Shown: positions 53,863-63,681, counted from the stretch's first letter. The stretch: 64,000 nt of DNA from an uncultured Collinsella sp. (GCA_958421275.1 CATZLI010000010.1:417-64416), one strand, 5' to 3'. A program made the numbers and translations. The notes: generated from the letters alone by a model not told the origin.

Positions 53863-55566
53863 CTATCCCAGCAGACTCAGACCGACGGAGACAAACGCCA
53901 GGATAACGCCGACGATGGACTCGCCGCCCAGCAGGCCGCTGGCGACAACCAGGCCCTGCTCCTGAAAGGCGGCGTCCTTGGCAGCTCTCTCCTCGTCAGA
54001 AAGACCAGCGGTGGCGTCGCGGTGGGCGGACCACTTGTCGTAGGCGAGCTTGACGCAGGAGCCCAGGAATGCCGTGAGTGACATGTAGAACGGCAGGTAC
54101 ACGCCCAGGCCGATCATCATGGCCGGAATGCCGAGCCAGTACATGACGATGCCGGCGATAAAGCCGCCTGCGAACCACGGCACGCTCGGGATGCCCGAGA
54201 CCATGGTGGCGACCACACTTGCCTGCGCGGCAACGAAGCTCTTGTCGGGACCAAAGGCGTCCGGACCATAGGCGGTGACGAGTGCGACCATGACGGCGGC
54301 GGCGACCAGGGCGCCCACGATGCCGCCGATGGCTTGGCCGATCCACTGCGCACGCGGGTTGGTGCCCAGCACGGCGCCGGCCTTAAAGTCGTTCATGACG
54401 TCGCCCGCAAGGCCGCACGCCACGGCTACGATGCCGGCGATAAAGAACAGCTTGACCTGAGCGATCTGTGCGAAGGCAGCCACGATGAGCATAACGATGA
54501 GGCCAAAGATCTCCATGGGGTCGATGCCCGTCTGGCCGCAGCTCTGTGCGCTCATGATGGTGGTGACAAAGGTGAACAGCGTCACGATGACGGCCGGAAC
54601 GGGGCCAAGGTCAAGCGCGATGGCGACGATCACGGCGATGGCGGCAGCGCTCAGGCCGATGATGCCGGCGTCGAGCTTAAGGGAGCCCGAGATGAGCGAC
54701 TGCTCGTCGGTGTCGGTGGAGCTGTCGGCGGCAAGACCGCGGACGATACCGGCGACCTGCGGCAGGATGTCCTTGAGGACGACGGCGACGCCAAAGCCCA
54801 TCATGAGGCCCATGCCCAGGGACTTGACGATGCCCTGCGCAGTCACAACGTCGAATAGGCCGGCAGCGGTTCCGCCAACGATGATGCCAAAATTGCCCAG
54901 CAGCGCGCCGGCAAACCAGAAAGCGACCGGGGCGAAGCCCACGAGGAAGCCGACGGAGAGCAACATGGGCGAGTTGTAGATGGCAAAGGTCACGCCGGGG
55001 ATATTGAGCGTGCACAGCATGCTGGGCACCACCCCCAGAGCGTCGCGAAGCACGCTGTAGATGCCGGCGATGGCCATGGAGCCAAAGAGCTGCTTGCCGG
55101 TCTTGCCGCCGGCCTCCGTCGCGCGCAGGGTCTGAGCTGCGGCGTTGCCGGTGGGGAACTCAAGCGCGGCGTCCACGATAAAGTGACGGTGGATGAGTGC
55201 CGTGGCCAGCAGGCCCAGGATAGTGCCGGCGAGTGCCACGATAAACATGTCGAGCCAGCTGATCTGGTCGGCATAGCCCAGCATCCAGGCGCCCGGGATA
55301 GTAAACGCCAGGCCGCCGGCGACCATGGCGCCTGCGGACATGATGGTGTGGGTGACGTTTGCCTCGTTGAGGCTGGCGTTGCCCATAAGCTTAAGGAAGA
55401 ACAGCGAGATGACGGCAGCGAAGACGATCGGCCAGGGGAGTGCGCCCATCTTGAGGGCAGTGTAGGCCGAGCTTGCCGTGATGATCACGCAGCCAAGGAC
55501 GCCGATGACGACGCCGCGCAGCGTGAGTTGCCCGCGCATCGAAGCACGGTTCGAGGGATTGCTCAT
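53863..55566 (-). CDS. OPT family oligopeptide transporter
   Basis: 567-aa polytopic protein. The N-terminus LTLRGVVIGVLGCVIITASSAYTALKMG is typical of bacterial OPT transporters. Confidence 0.8.
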   Translation of the reverse strand: MSNPSNRASMRGQLTLRGVVIGVLGCVIITASSAYTALKMGALPWPIVFAAVISLFFLKLMGNASLNEANVTHTIMSAGAMVAGGLAFTIPGAWMLGYADQISWLDMFIVALAGTILGLLATALIHRHFIVDAALEFPTGNAAAQTLRATEAGGKTGKQLFGSMAIAGIYSVLRDALGVVPSMLCTLNIPGVTFAIYNSPMLLSVGFLVGFAPVAFWFAGALLGNFGIIVGGTAAGLFDVVTAQGIVKSLGMGLMMGFGVAVVLKDILPQVAGIVRGLAADSSTDTDEQSLISGSLKLDAGIIGLSAAAIAVIVAIALDLGPVPAVIVTLFTFVTTIMSAQSCGQTGIDPMEIFGLIVMLIVAAFAQIAQVKLFFIAGIVAVACGLAGDVMNDFKAGAVLGTNPRAQWIGQAIGGIVGALVAAAVMVALVTAYGPDAFGPDKSFVAAQASVVATMVSGIPSVPWFAGGFIAGIVMYWLGIPAMMIGLGVYLPFYMSLTAFLGSCVKLAYDKWSAHRDATAGLSDEERAAKDAAFQEQGLVVASGLLGGESIVGVILAFVSVGLSLLG

Positions 55567-55732
55567 ATAGAACTCCTTTGCGTATATCCGCTTCCCCCGG
55601 GAGCGCCGCTACGGATACGGCGCGGGAAGTCGGGTTACCAAGGGCCGCCGCGTGAGCTCGCGCGCGACCGCGCACCAGTATAGCCGCAAGCTAGTCATTT
55701 TGGGACGGGGCTATTTTAGCTACCCCTGTTTG

Positions 55733-55816
55733 CCGAATGATTATTCTGGGACGGGGATTTAAAAATCATTAGGTACGCAATGATTTTTAAATCCCCGTCC
55801 CAGAATAATCATCGGG
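55733..55816. repeat. 84-bp near-perfect palindrome (about 37-bp arms) in the OPT/coaX divergent intergenic region
   Basis: CCGAATGATTATTCTGGGACGGGGATTTAAAAATCATT-AGGTACGC-AATGATTTTTAAATCCCCGTCCCAGAATAATCATCGG, with a single 1-nt indel. Confidence 0.9.
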
Positions 55817-55850
55817 ATATACTGCTGGGCAGACGAAAGGAGCGCCGACG

Positions 55851-56702
55851 ATGCTTAATGGGTGCGCATATATATTGACGGTCGACGTGGGCAACACGTT
55901 CATTCGCTTTGGCCTGTTTGCAGAGGATTCGGCCGCGGCGCAGGAATGTCCGCTTGCGACGTGCGAGATCACCACGCCGTCGAGCATCACAGCAGACGAG
56001 GCGCGCATGCGTCTCGTGCAGGTCATGGCCGCGCTGGCGGCCGATGCGGGCATGCCCGGCGCGCTCGTTCCCGCGGCCGCAGTGCTGAGCTGCGTGGTCC
56101 CGGCGCTCGAGCGCCCGTGGAAGACGGCGCTTTCCCGCACCTGCACAGGACGCGTGCTCACCGTGGGGCCGGGACTTAAGACCGGCATGCCCGTGCACTA
56201 CGACGACCCGGCCGAGATCGGCCCCGACCGCATTGCCGATGCCGTGGCGGCACGCGCCGTCTACGGCTCTCCCTGTATCGTGATCGACCTGGGTACGACG
56301 ACCAATATCGAGGTCATCGACGCGCACGGTACCTTTGTGGGCGGCGTCATCGCGCCGGGTCTGGCGCTCGGCGCCCGCTCGCTTTCGGCGGCTGCGGCGC
56401 GTCTACCCCAGGTCGAGCCCTCGGCACCGACGCATGTGATCGGCCGTAACACGCGCGAGGCCATGCGCTCGGGAGTGGTCTTGGGCGAGGTAGCCCGCAT
56501 CGACGGCATGCTCGACATGGTGCTTGCCGAGATGCGCTCGACCAAGGCGGCGGGGGAGGATGGCGTGCCCATCGTCATCACCGGCGACGATGCCGAGGCG
56601 CTCGCGGCGTTGGTCGGCCACAGCCTGACGGTAGATGACGCACTGACGCTGCGGGGTCTCGCCGAGCTCTACCGCATCAACCAAAAGCCCCGCCGCGTGT
56701 AA
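55851..56702 (+). CDS. coaX: Type III pantothenate kinase
   Basis: ILTVDVGNTFIRFGLF, IVIDLGTTTN, and the PGL motif region. An AAAGGAG RBS lies upstream. Confidence 0.9.
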   Translation: MLNGCAYILTVDVGNTFIRFGLFAEDSAAAQECPLATCEITTPSSITADEARMRLVQVMAALAADAGMPGALVPAAAVLSCVVPALERPWKTALSRTCTGRVLTVGPGLKTGMPVHYDDPAEIGPDRIADAVAARAVYGSPCIVIDLGTTTNIEVIDAHGTFVGGVIAPGLALGARSLSAAAARLPQVEPSAPTHVIGRNTREAMRSGVVLGEVARIDGMLDMVLAEMRSTKAAGEDGVPIVITGDDAEALAALVGHSLTVDDALTLRGLAELYRINQKPRRV

Positions 56703-56786
56703 AAGCGAGGGCGCCGGTGGGACAAACGCCTCCACCTTTCACCTGCTACAATGGGTCAAACTATTGCGATTACGGAGGTGTCTGCC

Positions 56787-57311
56787 ATGTCGGACGATCT
56801 TCATCAAACTTCGTCAGGCAAGCGCCTGGACGTCATTAGCTGGGACGAGTTCTTTATGAGCGTGGCCATCGCCGCGCAGCGCCGCAGCAAGGACCCCAAC
56901 ACGCAGGTGGGTGCGTGCATCGCCAGCACCAACCACCGCATCCTTTCGGTGGGCTACAACGGTACACCCTCGGCGCTCAACGATGACTTTTTCCCGTGGG
57001 GTACGAGCGACGACCCGCTGCAGGACAAGCACAACTACGTGGTCCATGCCGAGGCCAACGCCGTGCTCAACTACCGTGGCTCGCTCAAGGACCTCGAGGG
57101 TTCCACGGTCTACGTCACGCTGTTCCCGTGCCACGACTGCGCCAAGATCCTGGCGCAGGTGGGCGTGGGCGAGGTTGTCTACCTGGACAACAAGTACGCC
57201 GACACCGATGATGGGCGCATCAGCCGCCGCATCCTCGACTCCTGTGGCATCAGCTACCGCCAGGTTATCGTCGATGTTCACATCGGCACCGAGGGGCAGG
57301 CTCAGCAGTAG
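56787..57311 (+). CDS. comEB: dCMP deaminase (ComEB-type)
   Basis: Zinc motifs HAEANA and PCHDCAK. The ATG at 56787 follows GGAGGT. Confidence 0.85.
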   Translation: MSDDLHQTSSGKRLDVISWDEFFMSVAIAAQRRSKDPNTQVGACIASTNHRILSVGYNGTPSALNDDFFPWGTSDDPLQDKHNYVVHAEANAVLNYRGSLKDLEGSTVYVTLFPCHDCAKILAQVGVGEVVYLDNKYADTDDGRISRRILDSCGISYRQVIVDVHIGTEGQAQQ

Positions 57312-57483
57312 CGCGTGGCAACGCCAGCTGGCAACAAAAGGCAGCCAAAAGAGCCCCGTCCCAAATTGACTACTCGTGAAAGTCGCGTCTGCGCGCATGG
57401 ACGGCTCGTGAGCGGGTACACGGCTGTAGTAACATAGCTTCTGTCCGCGGGCGCGCCCGCGTAATTGTGAGAAAGGAGCCCCT

Positions 57484-57762
57484 GTGGCTGTTAACGAAGA
57501 GCTGCTTAAGAAGGTTCTTGAAGAGATTCGCCCCAACCTGCAGGCCGACGGCGGCGATATGGAGTATGTGGGCGTTGACGACGAGGGCGTCGTCAAACTG
57601 GAGCTGCAGGGCGCTTGCGCCGGCTGCCCCATGAGCTCGCTGACCCTGTCCATGGGCATCGAGCGCATCCTGAAGGAGCATGTGCCCGGCGTTACCCGTG
57701 TCGAGCAGGTCAATGCCTCCGGCGAGACCGACGACCTGTACGACGAGTACGCGCCGTTCTAA
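57484..57762 (+). CDS. NifU-like (Nfu C-terminal domain) Fe-S cluster carrier
   Basis: LQADGGDMEYVG and the CAGCPMSSLTL CxxC motif. GTG start after GAAAGGAG. Confidence 0.8.
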   Translation: MAVNEELLKKVLEEIRPNLQADGGDMEYVGVDDEGVVKLELQGACAGCPMSSLTLSMGIERILKEHVPGVTRVEQVNASGETDDLYDEYAPF

Positions 57763-57871
57763 GATGCGAAAGCTGCGGACGGCATACTCCGCATAGACGT
57801 TACGCCCAAATATGCGGCTGCGAGCGCAAGGCCCGCGGCCGCATTTGTATGTAGGGAGTAGGAGGGTCGAC

Positions 57872-58693
57872 ATGCTCAACGACTTCTACCATATGCTTGA
57901 TCCTGTCGCGATCTCGGCGGGCCCCATCACCATCTACTGGTACGGCCTGGCCTACGTGGTCGGCGCTCTGCTCACGGCGGTCGTCATGTACCGCACACAG
58001 CGTCGCTGGGGCTTTAACATCACGATTGACGACCTGACGAGTGTCGTGGTCGGCGTGGTCTTTGGCCTCATTATCGGTGCGCGCCTGTTCTACGTCGTCT
58101 TTTATGGTGATGGCTACTACTGGGCGCACCCGCTCGAGATCTTTGCCACCAACGAGGGCGGCATGAGCTTCCATGGCGGCTTGGTGGGCGGCATTATCGG
58201 CGGCATCATTGTGTGCCGCATGTATAAGCTCGATGCCTGGACTTTGGCAGACCTTGCCGTCATAGGCGCGCCGCTGGCCTTGTGCCTGGGCCGTTGTGCC
58301 AACTTTGTCAACGGTGAGCTGTGGGGCAAGCCGACCGATCTGCCATGGGGCGTGGTCTTTGGCGGGGCTGCGGGCGATATGCCGCGTCACCCCTCCCAGC
58401 TCTACGAGGCATTTCTTGAGGGCATCGTGCTCTTTTGCATTCTGCAGGTGCTCAGCCGCAAAAAGCCGCTACTGCCCCAAGGCACGTTTATGGGCGTGTT
58501 TGTGATGGGTTACGGCATCGTCCGCTTCCTCATTGAGTTTGTGCGCGTGCCCGATGCCCAGCTGGGCTATCTGCTTGGTGGCGTCATCACGATGGGTCAG
58601 CTGCTGAGCCTGCCGCTCGTAATCGCGGGCCTGGCGCTCATCATCTTTGCTCGTCGCCGCAACCAACCCCAGCGCATCTACCTCGACGCCTAA
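57872..58693 (+). CDS. lgt: Prolipoprotein diacylglyceryl transferase
   Basis: ITIYWYGLAYVVG, GRCANFVNGELWGKPT, HPSQLYEA motifs. The ATG at 57872 follows GGAGGG. Confidence 0.9.
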   Translation: MLNDFYHMLDPVAISAGPITIYWYGLAYVVGALLTAVVMYRTQRRWGFNITIDDLTSVVVGVVFGLIIGARLFYVVFYGDGYYWAHPLEIFATNEGGMSFHGGLVGGIIGGIIVCRMYKLDAWTLADLAVIGAPLALCLGRCANFVNGELWGKPTDLPWGVVFGGAAGDMPRHPSQLYEAFLEGIVLFCILQVLSRKKPLLPQGTFMGVFVMGYGIVRFLIEFVRVPDAQLGYLLGGVITMGQLLSLPLVIAGLALIIFARRRNQPQRIYLDA

Positions 58694-58727
58694 CCACCAC
58701 AAAGGGGACAGGCACCTTTGTGGCGGT
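58694..58727 (+). repeat. GGGACAG-core palindromic repeat, variant B, copy 2
   Basis: ACCACCACAAAGGGGACAGGCACCTTTGTGGCGGTT begins right after the lgt stop codon. Confidence 0.85.
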
Positions 58728-58761
58728 TCGCTGGGCAACGATGACAGAACAATAACGTTTC

Positions 58762-58806
58762 CCCAGATAAAACCTGCCAAAATAAACCTGTCCCTATTTG
58801 GCAGGT
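58762..58806 (-). repeat. GGGACAG-core palindromic repeat, variant A, copy 5 (inverted)
   Basis: The reverse complement reads AAACCTGCCAAATAGGGACAGGTTTATTTTGGCAGGTTTTATCTGGGG. Confidence 0.9.
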
Positions 58807-58827
58807 TTCTAGAAAGGCTTTCGGACT

Positions 58828-61011
58828 GTGAAGGATTCCGACCTCTCCACAACGGCTGCGCGCGACGCTGCCCGCATCGTCTGGTTTAAGCGCTACCCCG
58901 CCAAGCAGACGCTCATCGCATTTTTGCTCGCGCTGTTGGCGACCACGGCGTTTTCCATCGATCCTGCCCCGGTGTCGAGCAACGCAGTCTTGGCGATTGA
59001 CCCCAAAGCCTCGGGCATGCTGTACGTGTGCTACGAGGTGCTCCTCTCGTTTGCCGGCCATACCGACGCGGTCATGCTGCTTGCACTTGCCTGCCTGCTC
59101 ACCTTGCCGTTTCGCTACGTGTTCTTTGGCCGTGGCGACACCTGGCGTCCATCGATCATTCTGCCGTCGCTGCTCTTCGCCATCTGCATGGTGTTCGGCC
59201 GCAGCTACGATCTCACCGACTCGGCCGAGATTGTCCTTGGCGACAAAGCCCGCATCATCTGCGCCTGGATTGGCGGCGCGGGCTGGATGCTCTTGGCGGT
59301 CGTTGCCTTCTACCTTGCCTTTGAGTGTCTAGATTGGCTGAGCTCTCGGCGCATTCCGTTTTCCGAAGCGCACTTTGGCCGCGTATGGCGTGTGACTCAC
59401 GCCGTGCTCTCGGTCCATCCCTTTGCCGAGCCCTTCCTGGTGCTTATGATCGCCTGGACGCCCACGCTCATCGCTTCGCTGCCTGGCCTTTTTATGGGAG
59501 ATACGGGCGCGCAGATTCGCCAGTGGTTCAACTATCCCAACGGCACGAGCGACTACCTGCGCCTACTCAACCCCAACGTGCTGCTCAACGGGCATCATCC
59601 TGTAGTGCACACGGCCATTATCGGCTCGTGCGTTCAGCTGGGGCTTTCACTGTTCAACAGCGCCAACGCAGGTCTTGCCATCTATACCTGCGCTCAATTT
59701 GTCATCACGGCTGCCTGCATGGCCTATTCCATTTCGTCGCTGCGCAAACTGGGCGTGAGCCTGCCGGTTCGCGGTGCGATCCTGCTGTTCTTTGCGTTTA
59801 TGCCGATGTTCTCTAACTACGCGGCGTTGCTCACCAAAGACGTGCTCTTTGCCGACGCGTTCTTGGTGCTGCTGGTACAGACCGTCAAGCTCGTGGCATG
59901 TGGCTTGCCCCGTCGTGATGCCAATGTCGAGCGAGCGGGCGAGAAAGCCCCCGTGCTCTTTGCGCGCCACGACTGGCTGCTGCTCGCTCTGGGCGCCATG
60001 GGTTCCACGTTTCTGCGCAACGGCGGCCTGGTGTTTCCCCTGGCGGCATGCGTAATCGCGGCGGCGTTTTGCGTATGGGACGTGCATGTGGCTCGTCGTG
60101 CAGCCAAGCAGACTGGCGCTGCGCCTTCGGGCGCCATCCCGCGTTTCCGCTGGGTTGGCGTTCTCGCGGTGCTCGCGCTCTGCCTTGCCTCTAATATGTA
60201 CTTCACCAAGGTCTTTATGCCGGCGCACGACATTACGCCCGGCTCCAAGCGCGAAATCCTTTCGATTCCGTTCCAGCAGACGGCTCGTTTCGTCCAAAAG
60301 CACGACGGCCTCAACTCGGGCGTCAACCCTACGGTTAAGGAGGACGGCACCATCGTGGAGGCTCCTTGCGACGGCTTGGTGACCGACGAAGAGCGTGCCG
60401 CGATCGATCGTGTACTCAAGTACGAGAACCTGGGCCGCCGCTACAACCCCGACAAGTCCGATGCCGTCAAGAACTGCTTTAACGAGTACGCCTCGCAGGA
60501 GGACATCGATGCCTATTTTGAGGTATGGGCTCAGATGTTTAAGAAGGATCCCGAGTGCTATATTTCGGCGCTTATCAATAACTACTATGGTTATTTTTAT
60601 CCGAGCGCGCGCGATGCCTGGGTCTACAGCACGGCGCGTAGCGCCGAGATCATGGCGCGTCCCGACAACCTCAAGTACTTCGACTTCCATCCGGTTGACA
60701 GCAACGTGGTGCGCTGGTGTGACCACCTGATCAATCTGTACCGTGTGGCGGTGCAGCGCATCCCGTTTATCTCGCTCACCATGAGCTCGGCCACCTATGT
60801 GTGGATCATGATCGCCGTGGTGGTCTACCTGCTGCGTCGTCATTCATGGCGTGCGCTGGCGATCTGGGTGCCGCTGTTGGGCGTACTCGCCGTGTGCCTG
60901 ATTGGCCCGTGCAACGGCTCGACCTACATGCGCTACCTGTATCCGGTCATCGCCTGCATGCCCTTCGCCATCGGCGCCACCGTCACCCGCAGCGACTTCC
61001 TCTGGTCCTAA
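58828..61011 (+). CDS. Large polytopic membrane protein, possibly GT-C-like/DUF6020-like; function unknown
   Basis: 727-aa ORF with GTG start, many TM helices, a conserved-looking LLNGHHPVVHTAIIG loop, and a soluble segment at about residues 470-600. The family assignment is from memory only. Confidence 0.5.
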   Translation: MKDSDLSTTAARDAARIVWFKRYPAKQTLIAFLLALLATTAFSIDPAPVSSNAVLAIDPKASGMLYVCYEVLLSFAGHTDAVMLLALACLLTLPFRYVFFGRGDTWRPSIILPSLLFAICMVFGRSYDLTDSAEIVLGDKARIICAWIGGAGWMLLAVVAFYLAFECLDWLSSRRIPFSEAHFGRVWRVTHAVLSVHPFAEPFLVLMIAWTPTLIASLPGLFMGDTGAQIRQWFNYPNGTSDYLRLLNPNVLLNGHHPVVHTAIIGSCVQLGLSLFNSANAGLAIYTCAQFVITAACMAYSISSLRKLGVSLPVRGAILLFFAFMPMFSNYAALLTKDVLFADAFLVLLVQTVKLVACGLPRRDANVERAGEKAPVLFARHDWLLLALGAMGSTFLRNGGLVFPLAACVIAAAFCVWDVHVARRAAKQTGAAPSGAIPRFRWVGVLAVLALCLASNMYFTKVFMPAHDITPGSKREILSIPFQQTARFVQKHDGLNSGVNPTVKEDGTIVEAPCDGLVTDEERAAIDRVLKYENLGRRYNPDKSDAVKNCFNEYASQEDIDAYFEVWAQMFKKDPECYISALINNYYGYFYPSARDAWVYSTARSAEIMARPDNLKYFDFHPVDSNVVRWCDHLINLYRVAVQRIPFISLTMSSATYVWIMIAVVVYLLRRHSWRALAIWVPLLGVLAVCLIGPCNGSTYMRYLYPVIACMPFAIGATVTRSDFLWS

Positions 61012-61175
61012 CTTGGTGCATTGGGGTCAGGTTTCTTTGCACCAAAGGGGGCATCATCACGACGCCTTCATTTTGGGGTTTATCTCGCAGGCCAGTAGGT
61101 ATATCATAACGACGTTTGTTTATATTGCCCGAGCATCTGCGCTGGGCTTTAGGTCGAAACCGATAGGAGACACGT

Positions 61176-61982
61176 ATGTCCGGACACTCTAAGTGGGCCA
61201 CAACCAAGCATCGTAAGGGCGCGCAGGACGCCAAGCGTTCCGCCCTCTTCTCCAAGCTCAGCCGCAACATCACCGTTGCTGCCCGTCTCGGCGGTGACCC
61301 GCTGCCCGAGAACAACGCCAGCCTCGCCGCTGCTGTTGCCAAGGCCAAGGCTCAGTCCATGCCTAAGGACAAGATCAAGTCCGCTATCGACAAGGCTTTT
61401 GGTTCGGGTGCTGACGCCGCCGTCTACGAGAACATCGTGTACGAGGGCTACGGTCCTGCCGGTGTCGCCGTCTACGTCGACTGCCTGACCGACAACCGCA
61501 ACCGCACCGCCGCTGATGTCCGTTCCGCCTTCTCCCACGCTGGTGGCAACCTGGGTACCTCCGGCTCCGTCGCCTTCCAGTTTGAGCGCAAGGGCCAGAT
61601 CGTCGTCGCCAAGGAGATCCTGGACGAGAACGCCAAGAAGGAGACCATGATCGCCAACGGTGCTGCCGGTGACGAGGATGAGTTTATGATGGCCATCGCC
61701 GAGGCCGGTGGCGAGGACTACGAGGATGCCGGCGAGGAGTGGATCGTCTGGACTACTGCCAACGAGGTCATGGCTGTCTCCAAGGCGCTCGAGGAGCAGG
61801 GCGTCCAGGTCAAGGGCTCCGAGACCACCATGGTCCCGACCACCCCGACCGAGGTTTCTGGCGCCGACGCCAAGAAGGTTCAGCGCCTCATCGACCGTCT
61901 TGAGGAGCTCGACGACGTCCAGGATGTTTACAGCACCATGGACATGACCGACGAGGTCATCGCTGCCCTCGAGGAGGAGTAG
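61176..61982 (+). CDS. yebC: YebC/PmpR family DNA-binding regulatory protein
   Basis: MSGHSKWATTKHRKGAQDAKR is the invariant YebC N-terminus. Confidence 0.9.
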   Translation: MSGHSKWATTKHRKGAQDAKRSALFSKLSRNITVAARLGGDPLPENNASLAAAVAKAKAQSMPKDKIKSAIDKAFGSGADAAVYENIVYEGYGPAGVAVYVDCLTDNRNRTAADVRSAFSHAGGNLGTSGSVAFQFERKGQIVVAKEILDENAKKETMIANGAAGDEDEFMMAIAEAGGEDYEDAGEEWIVWTTANEVMAVSKALEEQGVQVKGSETTMVPTTPTEVSGADAKKVQRLIDRLEELDDVQDVYSTMDMTDEVIAALEEE

Positions 61983-62051
61983 CGCCCGCACGGGTTAAGC
62001 CGTGCATATCTGGGCATAATGAAGCGAGCATGCAAGCCTCGTGGAATAGAT

Positions 62052-62094
62052 GAGCCGGATCCGCGTGCGTAGAGCACCGGACCCGGCTCTTTTA
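62052..62094 (+). terminator. Intrinsic terminator after yebC
   Basis: GAGCCGGATCCG-(loop)-CGGACCCGGCTC followed by TTTTAT. Confidence 0.65.
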
Positions 62095-62148
62095 TAATGA
62101 TGCGAACCGTTTTGCATTTTGAGAGCCGAGATTTGAAGGGAGCGCCAC

Positions 62149-62694
62149 GTGCGCGTACTCAAACGAGCCCTAGCGATCGTGTATCTTGCCGCCGCCATCG
62201 TGGCGCTGGGTACGCTTGTCTGCCAGTTTTGGGGGCCGTATACGTATCGCTTTATGCTGCTGATGCGCGACCCCATGCCGCGCATTGTCGTGACGGCATG
62301 CGGCGGTGTCGTGGCGCTCGGCGTGCTCGTGGGTTTCTTCCGCCTGATGTTTGCTCGTCGCGAGCCGTCCTGCGTGCATCCGGCGGGGGAGCGCAATATC
62401 GAGGTCACGCTCGCTGCCCTCTCCTCGTGTGCTCGTACCGCGGCAGAGCGCGACAACCGAGTGATGATCGAGCATGTCGAGGCGCGCGTGCAGGGCTCCG
62501 ACGAATCGCACGTCCGTTTTAAGGTCGACGCCATCGCGCTCGACGACCGGGATGTGGCCTCCCAAGCTATCGCGATGCAGCAACGTATCGAGGAGGCCTG
62601 CGACACTATGCTCGGCACGCCGGGCACGACTGCGCGCGTTCGTTTTTTGCCATCCAAGACTACCGTCCAGACCGTGGAGGTTTCCGGTGAGTGA
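62149..62694 (+). CDS. amaP: Alkaline-shock-response membrane anchor protein (AmaP-like)
   Basis: Two N-terminal TM helices, then a soluble domain. It sits first in an amaP-DUF2273-asp23 arrangement. GTG start after GAAGGGAG. Confidence 0.6.
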   Translation: MRVLKRALAIVYLAAAIVALGTLVCQFWGPYTYRFMLLMRDPMPRIVVTACGGVVALGVLVGFFRLMFARREPSCVHPAGERNIEVTLAALSSCARTAAERDNRVMIEHVEARVQGSDESHVRFKVDAIALDDRDVASQAIAMQQRIEEACDTMLGTPGTTARVRFLPSKTTVQTVEVSGE

Positions 62695-63064
62695 TACCAA
62701 TCAAGACAAGACCGTCCGCACCCCGCGCCTGACTATCGATCAGAGCGCCGCGCCGGCAGGCGAGGTCGTCGATCCTAAGGTGGAGGGTACCGAGTCACAT
62801 GACGCGGTCGCCGATGATTTTGATGAGGCCATGGGTCTCATCAAGGGTACGGGGGCAGCCATCTGGAGCTATGCCGTCCGTCATCCCAACACCACGCTTG
62901 GAGCCGTCGCTGGTTTTGTGCTCGCCGTGCTGGTGCTCACGCTCGGCCTGTGGGATACGCTCGTCATCGCTTTCTTTGTGCTGATAGGCGCCGTGATTGG
63001 CCAGATCCGCGACGGCGAGAACGGGATCGTCAACTTCTTCGGCCGTCTGTTTAGCGGCCGCTAG
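62687..63064 (+). CDS. DUF2273-like small integral membrane protein
   Basis: C-terminal pair of TM helices (GAVAGFVLAVLVLTLGLWDTLVIAFFVLIGAVIGQ). GTG start overlaps the amaP stop codon after GGAGG. Confidence 0.6.
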   Translation: MSDTNQDKTVRTPRLTIDQSAAPAGEVVDPKVEGTESHDAVADDFDEAMGLIKGTGAAIWSYAVRHPNTTLGAVAGFVLAVLVLTLGLWDTLVIAFFVLIGAVIGQIRDGENGIVNFFGRLFSGR

Positions 63065-63108
63065 TATGTATTCGACCGCCGCGTGTGCGGTGGGCATAAG
63101 GAGGAACC

Positions 63109-63630
63109 ATGGCTTTTAACACGAAGGTCGATGTGGCCGATACTGAGCCCGAGGCAGACGAGACCGTCGCCGCCGAGGCCGAGGACGTAACGCTCGAGGA
63201 CGAGGCGCTCGTCGAGGCCGAACCCGCCGACGATGCGGACGAGGATGATGAGGAAACAGACGAGTCCGAGGACTCGCTGACCTATTCCAACGGTGTAATC
63301 GAGAAGATCGTCGCCATGGCCACCCGCGAGGTGCCGCACGTCCTGGGCATGAAGGGCAACCTCATGCACTTTGTGCAGGAGCAGTTTGGTGCCGAGAACC
63401 TGACCAAGGGCGTGACGGTCGAGGTCACCGATGACAACCGCGTGGTCGTCAACATTTCCGTCATTATCGAGTACGGCGCCTACGCGCCCGCGATTTTCGA
63501 CGACGTCAAGGCGCGCGTGACCGAGCGTCTGGCCGCGATGACCGGCCTTGAGGTGGCAGGCGTCAACCTACGCATCGAGGATGTCATCACCCCCGAGGAG
63601 TACGAGCACCGCACCAACCAGCACGAGTAA
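63109..63630 (+). CDS. asp23: Asp23/Gls24 family envelope stress protein with an acidic N-terminal extension
   Basis: LTYSNGVIEKIVAMATREVPHVLGM and VNLRIEDV are typical Asp23 motifs. Confidence 0.85.
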   Translation: MAFNTKVDVADTEPEADETVAAEAEDVTLEDEALVEAEPADDADEDDEETDESEDSLTYSNGVIEKIVAMATREVPHVLGMKGNLMHFVQEQFGAENLTKGVTVEVTDDNRVVVNISVIIEYGAYAPAIFDDVKARVTERLAAMTGLEVAGVNLRIEDVITPEEYEHRTNQHE

Positions 63631-63672
63631 CCTACCAAAAAGGGATGTTTATTTTAGCAGGTTTTATCTGCG
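63631..63672 (+). repeat. GGGACAG-core palindromic repeat, variant A, degenerate copy
   Basis: CCTACCAAAAAGGGATGTTTATTTTAGCAGGTTTTATCTGCG begins right after the asp23 stop codon. The core is partly deleted. Confidence 0.7.
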
Positions 63673-63681
63673 AAAACGTCA

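Noticed and set aside
55567-55690. GC-rich 5' leader of about 125 nt for the OPT transporter, considered as a possible riboswitch
   Set aside because: I could draw only short (5-6 bp) stems and found no match to any riboswitch consensus I know (SAM, glycine, c-di-GMP, guanidine, cobalamin). It needs cmscan before any claim.
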